Of a stretch of DNA of 64,000 nt, positions 31,258-40,148 are shown in pieces. This stretch comes from an uncultured Verrucomicrobiae bacterium (GTDB taxonomy: Bacteria; Verrucomicrobiota; Verrucomicrobiia; Limisphaerales; Palsa-1400). Under the pieces are notes generated by a model. It saw nothing but the letters and a program-made list of their open reading frames with translations, made no database searches and was not told the DNA's origin. Location: the NCBI GenBank assembly GCA_963707025.1, contig CAVPOM010000015.1, forward strand, positions 1 through 64,000, read 5' to 3'. Position 1 is the first letter of the stretch. Every line of letters starts with the position of its first letter. The position numbers and the translations under genes were made by a program.

Positions 31258-32281
31258 TGCGATAGCTGTTGCGCAGATTGTTCAGATCCACTTCGCCGGC
31301 GTCTTCCAACTGGCGCACCGCCGTGATGATGCGGCCCTTGGCGGCCTCGACCTCCCGCTTGTGCAGCGGTCCAAGCATGGAGATTTCCTCATGGATGGTG
31401 GCGGCGGCGCGTTTGGAGACGGCGGAAAGGAGGATGTTTTTGAGATGGGCGCCGGCGGTGAGGAGCGACAGGGCCAGGTCGCGCAGATCAATTTCGCGCA
31501 TGAGCTTTTGCAGCGCGCTCGGGCCGAGCAGGACCAGGTCCTCGAAGGTGAACATTTTCTGGCGGATCTCGCGCCCCAATTGGGGATTGCGTTTTTCCAG
31601 GTCCTGCAGGACCGACTGGCTGAGATTTTTTTCCAGGGAGTTGAGCAGGGCGGCGGCAGTGCGCACGCCACCGGTCTGGCTCAAGGGGCGCGCCGACCGG
31701 CCGCCGGCTTTCTGGACGAGGACCTGGACGATGCGTTCGATCACTTCGACGGGGGTTGGCCCCATCATGGCGAGCCGCTCCACCACTTCGTCGCGCGCGG
31801 CCGCCGGCAGCAGGGCGAGCAAGGACGAACTTTTTTCCGGGGACAAATAGCTGACGACCAGGGCGATGGTTTGCGGCTGTTCGTGCTGGAGCAGATGGCA
31901 AAGCTCGCGCGGGCCCATTTCCAGGAGCGGCTCCAGGGCGGGAACCGGGGCCGCGGCCGGGGCGACCCGCTGGATGATGTCGGAGGCGCGGGAGGGGCCG
32001 ACGGATCGTTCCAGCGCTTTTTTGGCGTAGCCGGGACCGCCCAGCACGGCGGCGCTGGCCGCGACGGCCACGTCGGTGAATTCCTGCAAAATGTCCTGCT
32101 GCATTTCCTGGCTGATAAAGGTCAGGCGCGTCATCTCGGCGGAAACGGCTTCCAATTCCTCCTCCTCCAGGTTCTTGAGCAGCTCGGAGGCGCTGTCCGG
32201 GCCGAGGATGATGAGGAGGGCGGCCAGCTTTTGCAGCTTGGTCATGGAGGAGCTTTGCAACAAGGCGGCGGCGGTTTCCAT
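31241..32281 (-). CDS. fliG: Flagellar rotor protein FliG
   Basis: KLAALLIILG, EQPQTIAL, TGGV, MFTFEDL, SKRAA...EE. Confidence 0.95.
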   Translation of the reverse strand: METAAALLQSSSMTKLQKLAALLIILGPDSASELLKNLEEEELEAVSAEMTRLTFISQEMQQDILQEFTDVAVAASAAVLGGPGYAKKALERSVGPSRASDIIQRVAPAAAPVPALEPLLEMGPRELCHLLQHEQPQTIALVVSYLSPEKSSSLLALLPAAARDEVVERLAMMGPTPVEVIERIVQVLVQKAGGRSARPLSQTGGVRTAAALLNSLEKNLSQSVLQDLEKRNPQLGREIRQKMFTFEDLVLLGPSALQKLMREIDLRDLALSLLTAGAHLKNILLSAVSKRAAATIHEEISMLGPLHKREVEAAKGRIITAVRQLEDAGEVDLNNLRNSYRNELLV

Positions 32282-32290
32282 ATAGAAAAT

Positions 32291-33904
32291 TTAATTCTCG
32301 TTCTTGGCGCGGCCCAGCCAGCTTCGCACCGCCTGGGTCATGTTGGCCGGGTTCTCCCGGATCAACTGATTGAGCACCTCCACGGTGACGACGCCCTTGC
32401 CAGGCAGGACGGCCTTGGCATGGCCATTGCCGCCGGCCCGGCCGTTGGCCAGGGGATAACCGAAACGGATTTCCTCAGCCTTGGCCTTTTGGAACATGCG
32501 CCAGAAGGCGAAAATGATGCCCAGGGCCAGGGCGGGATAAATGAGCTTTTGCGCCAGATCCAGCCAGACCTGCCGCTTCTCCTGCTGCTCCAATTGCTGG
32601 GTCAGCTCGCGCACGGGCTGGTCGTTGAAGGGCATTTCTTCCAGCACGATTTCGTCTTGACGCACAGAGTCGCCGGCCATCTGGATGCCCAGCGCGCTCT
32701 GCACGATGCGCTTCAAGGCTTCCACTTCGGCGGGAGCGCGCGGCACGGCTTTGCGCGCGGCGCCCTGGCCCTCAAAGCGCTGGGCGACGAAGACGGCGGT
32801 GGAGAGGCGTTTCAATCCGCCGGCCGCCTCCATCACGTTGCTGGTGATCTTGTTGATTTCGTAGCTGCTGTTGGTGACTTTTTTGCGGGTGCGGCTGCTG
32901 TTGACCGGCGCGGCGGCCACGGCGTTGCTGCCGCCGTTGTCGGCATTGGTCCCGGCGTTGGACCCGCTGCCGGGCGCGCCCCCGGCGACGGCCGTGGCCG
33001 TGTCGGTGTCCTCGTCGTTGACAGTGGTGGTGCGGGCCACCTGGCCGTCCGGGTCAAATTTTTCCTCGGTGCGGGTGGTGGTGTCCCAGTTGATCTCGGC
33101 GGAAACGCGCACGACGGCCTGGCCCGCGCCGAGGACCTTGTCGAGCATGCCTTCGGCTTTTTGGGAGAGATATTGCTCGAAGTTGCGCCGGGCGGTGAGC
33201 TGGTTGTTGGAAAGGCCCGCCACCGAATCGTTGTCGTCGTTTTGGGAAAGGACATTGCCCATGTTGTCCACCACCGAAACATTGTTGACTTGCAGGCCCT
33301 CCACGCTGTTGGCCACCAGGAAGCGGATGGAATTGACGGAGGAGGAGGGCAACTGGCCGCTGCCCTTGACGCGGACAAAGACGGAGGCGGTGGGCTTGCG
33401 CTGCGCGTCGGTGAGCAGGCGGTTCTCCGGCATGACGATCATGACGCGGGCGGATTCCACCTGGTCCAACTGGCTGATGGTGCGGGCCAGTTCGCCCTGC
33501 ACGGCCCGGGTGTAATTGGCCCGCTGCACAAAATCGGAGATGCCGAAATTGGCCTTGTCGAAAATCTCAAAGCCCACGCCTTCGCCGCGGGGAATGCCCT
33601 TGCCCGCCATCTGCATGCGCACCTGATAGACCTTGTCGGAGGGCACCAGGATGGCGCCGCCGCCGCGGCTGATTTGGTAGGGCACCTTGGCCTCGTCCAG
33701 GGCGGCAATGACTTTGGCCGCCTCCCCTTCGTCCAGTTTGCCGTAGAGCAGGGAGAATTCGGCGCGGCTGGACCAAAAGGCCAGGGCGGTCAGCCCGCCG
33801 AGCACGCCCAGGGTGGCCAGGAGGATGCTGATGCGCTGGTTGAGGCCGAGCTGTTTCCAGATGCCGGCCAGTTGCTGCAGGAGTTGGGAGATGTTTTTAT
33901 TCAT
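32291..33904 (-). CDS. fliF: Flagellar MS-ring protein FliF
   Basis: GFEIFD, RAVQGELARTI, PTASVFV, two TMs. Confidence 0.96.
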   Translation of the reverse strand: MNKNISQLLQQLAGIWKQLGLNQRISILLATLGVLGGLTALAFWSSRAEFSLLYGKLDEGEAAKVIAALDEAKVPYQISRGGGAILVPSDKVYQVRMQMAGKGIPRGEGVGFEIFDKANFGISDFVQRANYTRAVQGELARTISQLDQVESARVMIVMPENRLLTDAQRKPTASVFVRVKGSGQLPSSSVNSIRFLVANSVEGLQVNNVSVVDNMGNVLSQNDDNDSVAGLSNNQLTARRNFEQYLSQKAEGMLDKVLGAGQAVVRVSAEINWDTTTRTEEKFDPDGQVARTTTVNDEDTDTATAVAGGAPGSGSNAGTNADNGGSNAVAAAPVNSSRTRKKVTNSSYEINKITSNVMEAAGGLKRLSTAVFVAQRFEGQGAARKAVPRAPAEVEALKRIVQSALGIQMAGDSVRQDEIVLEEMPFNDQPVRELTQQLEQQEKRQVWLDLAQKLIYPALALGIIFAFWRMFQKAKAEEIRFGYPLANGRAGGNGHAKAVLPGKGVVTVEVLNQLIRENPANMTQAVRSWLGRAKNEN

Positions 33905-33924
33905 GACAAAGCTGCCTTAGGAAA

Positions 33925-34314
33925 TCACACCTGCATGCGCATCAGCTCCTGGTAGGAGTCGAGCAGGCGGTTGCGCACTTCCACCATGAGCTGGAAGGAA
34001 ACGCTGGCTTCCTCCATCGCGATCATGGTCTGGTGCAGGGACACATTTTTTCCGCTGAGCAAACCGGTCACCGCCTCGCCGGCGGCGGCCTGTTTGTCGG
34101 AAACCTCCTGGACGAACCCGCCCAGGACATTGGAAAAGGAGGCCGAACCGGAGGACGGGGCGGCGCCGGGAGTGGTCAGGTCCAGGCTGGGGGACAATTG
34201 CTGCAGGTCCGGAACGGAAATCTTCGGGGCGGCGCCGGCGGCCTGGGCCGCATTGGCCAGCGGGCTTCCCATGTCGGGAAGGCCAACCATCTTCAGTGCG
34301 CCGAGTGGGTCCAT
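33925..34314 (-). CDS. fliE: Flagellar hook-basal body protein FliE
   Basis: LHQTMIAMEEASVSFQLMVEVRNRLLDSYQELMRMQV. Confidence 0.95.
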   Translation of the reverse strand: MDPLGALKMVGLPDMGSPLANAAQAAGAAPKISVPDLQQLSPSLDLTTPGAAPSSGSASFSNVLGGFVQEVSDKQAAAGEAVTGLLSGKNVSLHQTMIAMEEASVSFQLMVEVRNRLLDSYQELMRMQV

Positions 34315-34329
34315 GAGGTGCGGGGGTTA

Positions 34330-34754
34330 TCAATGCTTGCCGATGGACAGGGCGGCCATGGCCATGGTGTGGGCGTTTTTGGCCACGGCCAGATTGGCCT
34401 CGTAAGTGCGGGAGGCGGCGATCATGTCCACCATCTCCTCGTGGATGTTGATGTCCGGCACGGCCACCATGCCGTGTTCATTGGCGTCGGGATGGCCCGG
34501 CATATAAACCAGGCGCGGCGGGCGGGGGTCGGTTTCGATGCGGGCGATTTGCACTTGTTGCGTCCCGGCCGTTTCCCCCTCCTGCTGGGCGCGCAGCACC
34601 GAGGCGAAGACCACTTGCTGGCGCTGGTAAGGCTTGCCGTCGAGCCCTTGGTGATGTTGATGTTGGCGATGTTCTGCGAAACCACGTCCATGCGGATGCG
34701 CTCCGCGTCCAGGGCGGCGGCGGTGTTGTTGATCCCGGTAAGAAGGCTGATCAT
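34330..34754 (-). CDS. flgC: Flagellar rod protein FlgC, with a 1-nt deletion near 34645 (probably a sequencing error)
   Basis: N-half RMDVVSQNIAN...TKG and C-half DGKPYQRQQV...PGHPDA...SRTYEAN are in different frames; adding one base at AAGGGCTCGAC joins them. Confidence 0.9.
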
Positions 34755-34767
34755 AATTCAATGGGAG

Positions 34768-35145
34768 TTACCGGCCGGTGATGGCCAGCCGCATTTTCGC
34801 CAGCGCGGCGCTGACCAACTGCGTTTCCAGCGCGTCCTCAAAAGTGTTTTGGTTGAGTTTCAACATCTCCGATTCCAGGGTCACGGTGTTGCCGTCGCTG
34901 CGTCCCGAAACCGCCAGCCCGTCCACCGCCAGGCTGGGCTGCAGACCGGCGATTTGCGCCGGGTCGCCGCTTTTGACCGCCTGGCTTAATTGCGCTTCGA
35001 AGGACGGCGCGACGTCCAGGCGCTTGTAATTGGGCGTTTCCAAATTGGACAAGTTGCTGGCGATGGCTTCCTGGCGCAGGACGGTGGCGTCCAGCATCTT
35101 TTTGGCGGCCACATAAGTGGGCTGGTTGAAAATGGCGTCTATCAT
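34768..35145 (-). CDS. flgB: Flagellar rod protein FlgB
   Basis: RQEAIASNLSNLETPNYKRLDV, RSDGNTV. Confidence 0.95.
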   Translation of the reverse strand: MIDAIFNQPTYVAAKKMLDATVLRQEAIASNLSNLETPNYKRLDVAPSFEAQLSQAVKSGDPAQIAGLQPSLAVDGLAVSGRSDGNTVTLESEMLKLNQNTFEDALETQLVSAALAKMRLAITGR

Positions 35146-35168
35146 GGCTCAAGAGCTTGCTCCTTCTT

Positions 35169-35184
35169 AGCAGCCCACATGCCA
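35169..35184 (-). promoter_or_regulatory. Sigma54 (-24/-12) promoter of the flgB operon
   Basis: TGGCATG-TGGG-CTGCT, GG-N10-GC, ending 23 nt upstream of the flgB ATG. Confidence 0.7.
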
Positions 35185-35239
35185 GCCCGACGAAAGCCTT
35201 GTCCTGCGGGGAGTTGCGCGGGATGCGGGGAGTCGAATG

Positions 35240-35323
35240 TGGCAATTATTGCCAGCGCGCGCCGACATCGGTAGGCAAGAATGACCGGGGTCCAGGAATC
35301 CGCCCGGACAGGCAAAATCGTCC
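35240..35323. promoter_or_regulatory. Putative enhancer-binding-protein sites upstream of the sigma54 promoter
   Basis: Palindrome TGGCAATTATTGCCA (35240-35254) plus related GGCAAGAATGACC (35274) and GGCAAAATCGTCC (35311). Confidence 0.45.
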
Positions 35324-35468
35324 ACCTCCATCCCGCCATCCTTCACAACAAACAGCGGTTCAAATAATGAGGGCGGCGGTTTTGCGGAGTGGAGGCTGAA
35401 GGAAGCGGCGAGCGAAGCCGGAGCGAAAGCCGCCGCCCTCAGAACGCGGGGAAAATGCCTCTTACAGC

Positions 35469-35496
35469 TTGCCAAAAAGAAATCTTACGGGATAAT
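35469..35496 (+). promoter_or_regulatory. Putative sigma70 promoter for a leaderless antitoxin mRNA
   Basis: TTGCCA-16 nt-GATAAT, ATG 6 nt downstream. Confidence 0.45.
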
Positions 35497-35502
35497 TCAA
35501 CC

Positions 35503-35712
35503 ATGAGTGCGTTTGAAATCATTGAGCAAATCAAAGAATTGCCCGCGAACGAACAGGTGCGAGTCGCAAAGTTCATCGCTGAAAACGGCAGTTCGATGAC
35601 GTGCCGCCAATTTTCCGTCGGCACAGAAGGCGACGGACTGCCCGTTATCCGCGCCCAGGGCGGAACCATCACTTCGCAACTCGTTCACGAGATTGAAAGC
35701 CGGACGCCGTGA
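35503..35712 (+). CDS. Small putative antitoxin (69 aa)
   Basis: MSAFEIIEQIKELP...GLPVIR...ITSQLVHEIE; GTGA overlap with a VapC-like start. Confidence 0.6.
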   Translation: MSAFEIIEQIKELPANEQVRVAKFIAENGSSMTCRQFSVGTEGDGLPVIRAQGGTITSQLVHEIESRTP

Positions 35713-35879
35713 CCCGACTGCTTGATGTCAACCTGCTCATGGCGTTGCTTTGCGGAAAACTCGGCGCAGAATTCAACAGAGGATCTTTCAAAGGTTTACG
35801 GTCCGTGCGACATCACGGTATCCGAAAGAATTTGCAGCTACCTTCCATCCGATTTGCGCTAAATTCGATTTACATCTGA
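35709..35879 (+). pseudogene. Truncated VapC/PIN toxin
   Basis: Starts (M)TRLLDVNLLMALL, a typical PIN N-terminus; similarity is lost after about 14 codons and the frame stops at codon 57. Confidence 0.6.
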
Positions 35880-35915
35880 CCCAGCACTCATGTAGCATCC
35901 AGCCGAAAAGGTGAT

Positions 35916-36209
35916 ATGCCAAAGATAGACGTGAACCTAATCAAGTCGATATTTGATAACGCCGTCAAAGTCGAGCGGTTCAGCGAGCCCAGGCTCTTTG
36001 AGCAAACGAAACCTCTGCGAGAATGGGAACCGGCCGCTGTTCTCCACAACAAACTTCTCGAAATACTCACGGCAGCGCAGGTTGAGACAGTCCATCGCCG
36101 TATGACGCGCGCCGTTTACTTCATCGAGTTGGTTAAGAGTGATAAAGGCGATGGAGATGTAACGGCCTGTAACGGCAATGTAACGGCTCGCCAAGTCGTA
36201 AAGCCTTGA
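35916..36209 (+). CDS. Hypothetical protein or gene fragment, lower GC, running into a repeat array
   Basis: AAGGTGA RBS-like sequence before ATG; the last ~17 codons are repeat-derived. Confidence 0.35.
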   Translation: MPKIDVNLIKSIFDNAVKVERFSEPRLFEQTKPLREWEPAAVLHNKLLEILTAAQVETVHRRMTRAVYFIELVKSDKGDGDVTACNGNVTARQVVKP

Positions 36210-36383
36210 GCATCAACATGTGTAACGGTGTAACGGCTGTAACGCACCTCACCCAGGAAGGCTGCCTCAACACCAAGATGTAACCAATTGTAACGGCTAT
36301 GTAACGGCCATGTAACGGCTGGCCAAGTCGTAAAACCTTGAGCATCAACATGTGTAACGGTGTAACGGGTCGGGCGCACCTCA
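36158..36383 (+). repeat. Iteron-like array: 12 TGTAAC(GG) copies in two units (period 132 bp), each around a TTGA-GCA-TCAA palindromic core
   Basis: Read directly; CCAAGTCGTAAA(G/A)CCTTGAGCATCAACATGTGTAACGGTGTAACGG is duplicated. Confidence 0.9.
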
Positions 36384-36536
36384 AGCGGCCTGATGAGGCA
36401 TTTCGAATTGATAATTGAAAACTTACAATTTGCAATTCGCGATTAAGCCGTACCCCGCTGAACATTGAGGTGCGTCAGTCCAGCCGGGACGCATGCCTTT
36501 CCCGGCCCACCCAAAAGAATGAGGCGTCAGGCAAGG

Positions 36537-37949
36537 CTATGGTTCCCAGCCGCCCCCTAGGGCTTTGTAGAGGGCGATCAAATCGGCGGAGACGGCGCGG
36601 TCGCTTTCGATCAGGGCGTCCTGGCTTTGGTAGAGGGAGCGTTGCGCTTCCAGCACGCGCAGGAAATCGGCCAGGCCGTGCTGATAAAGGTCCCGGGCCA
36701 GGACCACCGCCTGCTCGCCGGCCTGGGCGGCGTGGGCGAGGGATTGGCGGCGGGTCTGTTCCCGGGCGTAGGCGGTCAGGGCGGTTTCCACATCGGTGAA
36801 GGCGGCGAGCATGGATTGCTCATAAGCGGCCAGCGCCTGGTCCACACGCGCGTTTTGCACGCGAATGTTGGCCCGGATGCGGCCGGCGTCGAAAACCCGC
36901 CATTGCACGGTGGGGCCGGCCGTCCAATAGCGGCTGCCGGCGTTAAACCAGTCGCCCGGGCTGATGCTTTGCAGCCCAATGTCTCCTGTCAATGAGAATT
37001 TTGGATAAAGGTCGGAGGCGGCCGCGCCGACGCGGGCGGTGGCCGCGGCCAGTTGCCGCTCCGCCTGCTGCACGTCGGGACGCCGCTGGAGGAGGTCCGA
37101 GGGCAGGCCGACGGGCACGGCCGGGGGCGCGGCGGGGATGGGGGCGGCGTTGGTCAGTTCCTCGAGCAGCGCGCCCGGCGGCTGTCCCAGCAGCAGCGCC
37201 AATTGATAAACCGAATCCCGGAAGCCGGTCTCAAAAACCGGGGTCTGCGCCCGGGTCGTGGCCAGGAGCGCGTCGGCTTCCTGCACGTCCAGTTCGCCGG
37301 TCAATCCCTTGGCGAACCGGTCGCGGGTCAAGGCGAGGATTTGTTCCTGGGCGCTGATGTTTTCGCCGGCCACGGCCAGGCGTCGCTGGAAGGCGCGGGC
37401 CTGGACGTAATGGCGGGCCACTTCGGCAAAAATGGTGATCAACAAATTGCGGCGGCCAAATTCGGCGGCGGCGACCTCGGCGCGGGCGGCCTGGCTGGCG
37501 CGGCGCGTGCCGCCAAAGACATCCAGTTCCCACGCCGCGTCGAAACCGGCCTGATAGACATCGGCGTCCAGCGGCGCTCCCGGCGGGAAGGGGAAAACTC
37601 CGTTGGCGCTGAAACGGTTGCGCGCATAAGAGCCGGCGGTGTCAAGCGTTGGCCCAAGGTCAGCGGAAACCAGGCGGGCGGCGGCGCGGGCTTCGCGGAC
37701 GCGCGCCACGGCGGCGCGAAGATTTAGGTTTGACTGCGCGGCCCGCCCGACCAGCGCATCCAATTCCGCGTCGTGAAAGGATTTCCACCAGGCCGCCCCG
37801 GCCGCCGGCAGGTTGGTTTCCCCGCCCGCCTGGGGCGAGGCCCATTGGGCCGGCGCGGCGGTTTGGGGCGGATGATAGTCCGGCCCGACCGTGCAGCCGG
37901 CCAGCAGGCCCGCCAGGAGGAACGGAATGGCGCGCGGGAAAGGGATCAT
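36537..37949 (-). CDS. Outer membrane efflux lipoprotein (NodT/OprM family)
   Basis: LAGCTVGPDY lipobox, WELDVFG, LLQRRPDV, LYKALGGGW. Confidence 0.94.
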   Translation of the reverse strand: MIPFPRAIPFLLAGLLAGCTVGPDYHPPQTAAPAQWASPQAGGETNLPAAGAAWWKSFHDAELDALVGRAAQSNLNLRAAVARVREARAAARLVSADLGPTLDTAGSYARNRFSANGVFPFPPGAPLDADVYQAGFDAAWELDVFGGTRRASQAARAEVAAAEFGRRNLLITIFAEVARHYVQARAFQRRLAVAGENISAQEQILALTRDRFAKGLTGELDVQEADALLATTRAQTPVFETGFRDSVYQLALLLGQPPGALLEELTNAAPIPAAPPAVPVGLPSDLLQRRPDVQQAERQLAAATARVGAAASDLYPKFSLTGDIGLQSISPGDWFNAGSRYWTAGPTVQWRVFDAGRIRANIRVQNARVDQALAAYEQSMLAAFTDVETALTAYAREQTRRQSLAHAAQAGEQAVVLARDLYQHGLADFLRVLEAQRSLYQSQDALIESDRAVSADLIALYKALGGGWEP

Positions 37950-38581
37950 GGGGCCGGGGCCTCGCGCCGGTTGGCGGCGGCGATGAGGCTGAGAATGGTT
38001 TCGACGGCGGCGTCCACGCCCGCGGCGGTGTTGAGCATGGCGTGATAAAGATGACGCGAAGGCCACTCGGCTTTATAGTAATGGCGGATGAAGGCGATGC
38101 GTTCCTGGTCCACCGTGTCCATCAATTGCCGGGCCTCGGCCGGACTTTTCACGCTGGCCAGGACGCGCTGGTATCTGAGTTCGGGCGGGGCGTAGAGGAA
38201 GACGCAGAAGGTATCGGGGCGATCCCGCAGGAAGTAGGCCGCGGCCCGCCCGACGATGACGCACTGGCCCTCCGCCGCCGCCTGGGCAATGACTTGCTGG
38301 GCGAGTTGGATGAGGCGGTCGGCGTCAACAATATCGGCATCGGGCAGGGTGACGCTGCGCTCGTGGCTGCCGCGCCAGAAGACTTTGGCCAGGCGGTAGA
38401 GCCAGGGATCCACGCGTTCCTCGCGGTGCTGGCAGGCTTCGGGACTGACTTTGGCCAGCCGGGCAATCTCCCCCGTCAGGGCGTGGTCGAGCAGTTTCCA
38501 GCCCAGTTGGCGCGCGAGCTGATCGGCGATGGCGCCGGCGCCGGCGCCGAATTCACGTTCGATGACAACGACTCGTTTCAT
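37946..38581 (-). CDS. Cytidylate kinase-like family protein
   Basis: VVVIEREFGAGAGAIA...LGWKLLD, CVIVGR, DQER, YHAMLNT. Confidence 0.85.
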   Translation of the reverse strand: MKRVVVIEREFGAGAGAIADQLARQLGWKLLDHALTGEIARLAKVSPEACQHREERVDPWLYRLAKVFWRGSHERSVTLPDADIVDADRLIQLAQQVIAQAAAEGQCVIVGRAAAYFLRDRPDTFCVFLYAPPELRYQRVLASVKSPAEARQLMDTVDQERIAFIRHYYKAEWPSRHLYHAMLNTAAGVDAAVETILSLIAAANRREAPAP

Positions 38582-38591
38582 GGCAAGCGCA

Positions 38592-40148
38592 TTAGTGGGC
38601 AGCAAGGGCGGGGCCGGACCGCTTGACCTCGCGGAGGAGCCAAACGCCGAGGGCACAGGCCAGGCCCAGCCACATGAAGGCGTAGAACAGTTCGATGAAC
38701 GCCCAATAGCTGGTTTGCTGGTGAACCATGTTGTAAATCACGCCTTCGGCCCGCAGCCGGGCGTCGGCCGGGCTGAAATGGGATTGCAGCGCGCCCTGCA
38801 CCCGGCCGAGGTTTTGCAGGTAAATCGGGTTCAAGGTGGAAATGGAGGAGGTCATAAAGGCCTGATGCGCCTGGGCAAAGCGCTCCAGCATGGTGGCGAC
38901 AATGGCGATGCCGACGCTGCCGCCGATGTTGCGCACCAGATTCTGGATGCCGGCGGCATTGCCGATTTGATCGTTGCGCAGGGTGGCCAGCCCGACGGTA
39001 GTCAACGGCACAAAAATGAAGCCGGCGCCAAAACCGTTCATGATATTGGCGGGAACAATGCTGCTCCGGGCGATTTGCAGGGAGAACCGGCTGAAAAGAA
39101 ATGCGCTCAAGGAAAAGACGATAAAACCGAAGGCCGCCAGCCTTCGCCCGCCCAGCCTGGCAATCAACGCTCCCACCACGAACAGCGCGAAAAAGGCACC
39201 GATGCCCCGCGGCGTGACTGTCAATCCGGCCTCCAGCGCGGTGTAGCCCAGCAGGGTTTGCAGAAAAAGCGGTTGCAGAGTGACCAGTCCGTATATGGCC
39301 GCGCCGAAGAGAAAAAACAAGGCGCAGGCCACGGCAAAATTGCGGTTCTTGAAAATGCGCAGGTTGACAATCGGGTCCTTGACGCGCAGTTCCCAAAATA
39401 TGAAAAACAAGAGCGAGCCGGCGGCAATTCCGGCCAGCCAGCGCATCCAGGGCGTGCCAAACCAATCCACTTCCTGTCCCCGGTCCAGCAGGATTTGCAG
39501 CATGCCCAGGCTCAGGGCCATGAAGCCCAGGCCAACGCTGTCAATTCGTCCGGGCTTGCCTTCCCGAATCCAAGGCGGGTCGTCCACGAAGAGCGAGATC
39601 ATAAACACTGCCAGGATGCTGACCGGGATATTGATGTAAAAGGCCCAGCGCCACGACCAGGTGTCGGTCAGCCAGCCGCCCAGCGTCGGCCCCAGAATGG
39701 GCGCGCAGACGACCCCGACGCCATAGACGGCCATGGCCGTGCCCCGTTTGGCCGGCGGAAAACTTTCCAGCATGATGGCCTGGGCCAGCGGCTGGAGAGC
39801 GCCGCCGCCCGCGCCCTGGAGCACGCGCGCGGCAATGAGCATGGGCAGGCTGGTGGCCGCTCCGCAGAGAAAGGAGGATACTGAAAATATGACGATGCAG
39901 GTGATCAAAAACCGCTTCCTCCCGAAATACCGCGCCAGCCAGCCGCTGGCCGGCAGGACAATGGCGTTGGAAACCAGATAACTGGTCAGCACCCACGTCG
40001 CTTCCGACAGGGTCGCGCCCAGGTTCCCGCCGATGTACGGCAGCGCGACCGCCGCGATGGAAGTGTCCAGCACTTCCATGAACGTGGCCAGCATCACCGC
40101 CGCCGCGATCCACCAGGGATTGACACGGGGACGCCACGATTCGCTCAT
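38592..40148 (-). CDS. emrB: DHA2-family MFS efflux permease (EmrB-like)
   Basis: FMEVLDTSI, WVLTSYL, GPTLGGWLTD, WRWAFYINIP. Confidence 0.93.
   Translation of the reverse strand: MSESWRPRVNPWWIAAAVMLATFMEVLDTSIAAVALPYIGGNLGATLSEATWVLTSYLVSNAIVLPASGWLARYFGRKRFLITCIVIFSVSSFLCGAATSLPMLIAARVLQGAGGGALQPLAQAIMLESFPPAKRGTAMAVYGVGVVCAPILGPTLGGWLTDTWSWRWAFYINIPVSILAVFMISLFVDDPPWIREGKPGRIDSVGLGFMALSLGMLQILLDRGQEVDWFGTPWMRWLAGIAAGSLLFFIFWELRVKDPIVNLRIFKNRNFAVACALFFLFGAAIYGLVTLQPLFLQTLLGYTALEAGLTVTPRGIGAFFALFVVGALIARLGGRRLAAFGFIVFSLSAFLFSRFSLQIARSSIVPANIMNGFGAGFIFVPLTTVGLATLRNDQIGNAAGIQNLVRNIGGSVGIAIVATMLERFAQAHQAFMTSSISTLNPIYLQNLGRVQGALQSHFSPADARLRAEGVIYNMVHQQTSYWAFIELFYAFMWLGLACALGVWLLREVKRSGPALAAH

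Noticed and set aside
31235..33955. 906-aa plus-strand ORF and other long antisense ORFs (e.g. 48616-51048, 20303-22150, 60952-62790, 18351-20039)
   Set aside because: Shadow frames of recognised genes in high-GC DNA, with no motifs
34640..34650. Programmed frameshifting in flgC, fliO, emrA or folK
   Set aside because: No slippery heptamer or long homopolymer at the sites, unlike the A8 in the IS630
18177..35145. Non-flagellar injectisome T3SS
   Set aside because: FlgB, FlgC, FliE, FlgD, FlgE and FliL are flagellum-specific, and there is no secretin or needle gene
36158..36383. CRISPR array or DGR template/variable repeat pair
   Set aside because: Only two units, no series of unique spacers, differences not confined to adenines, and no cas or reverse transcriptase gene in the window
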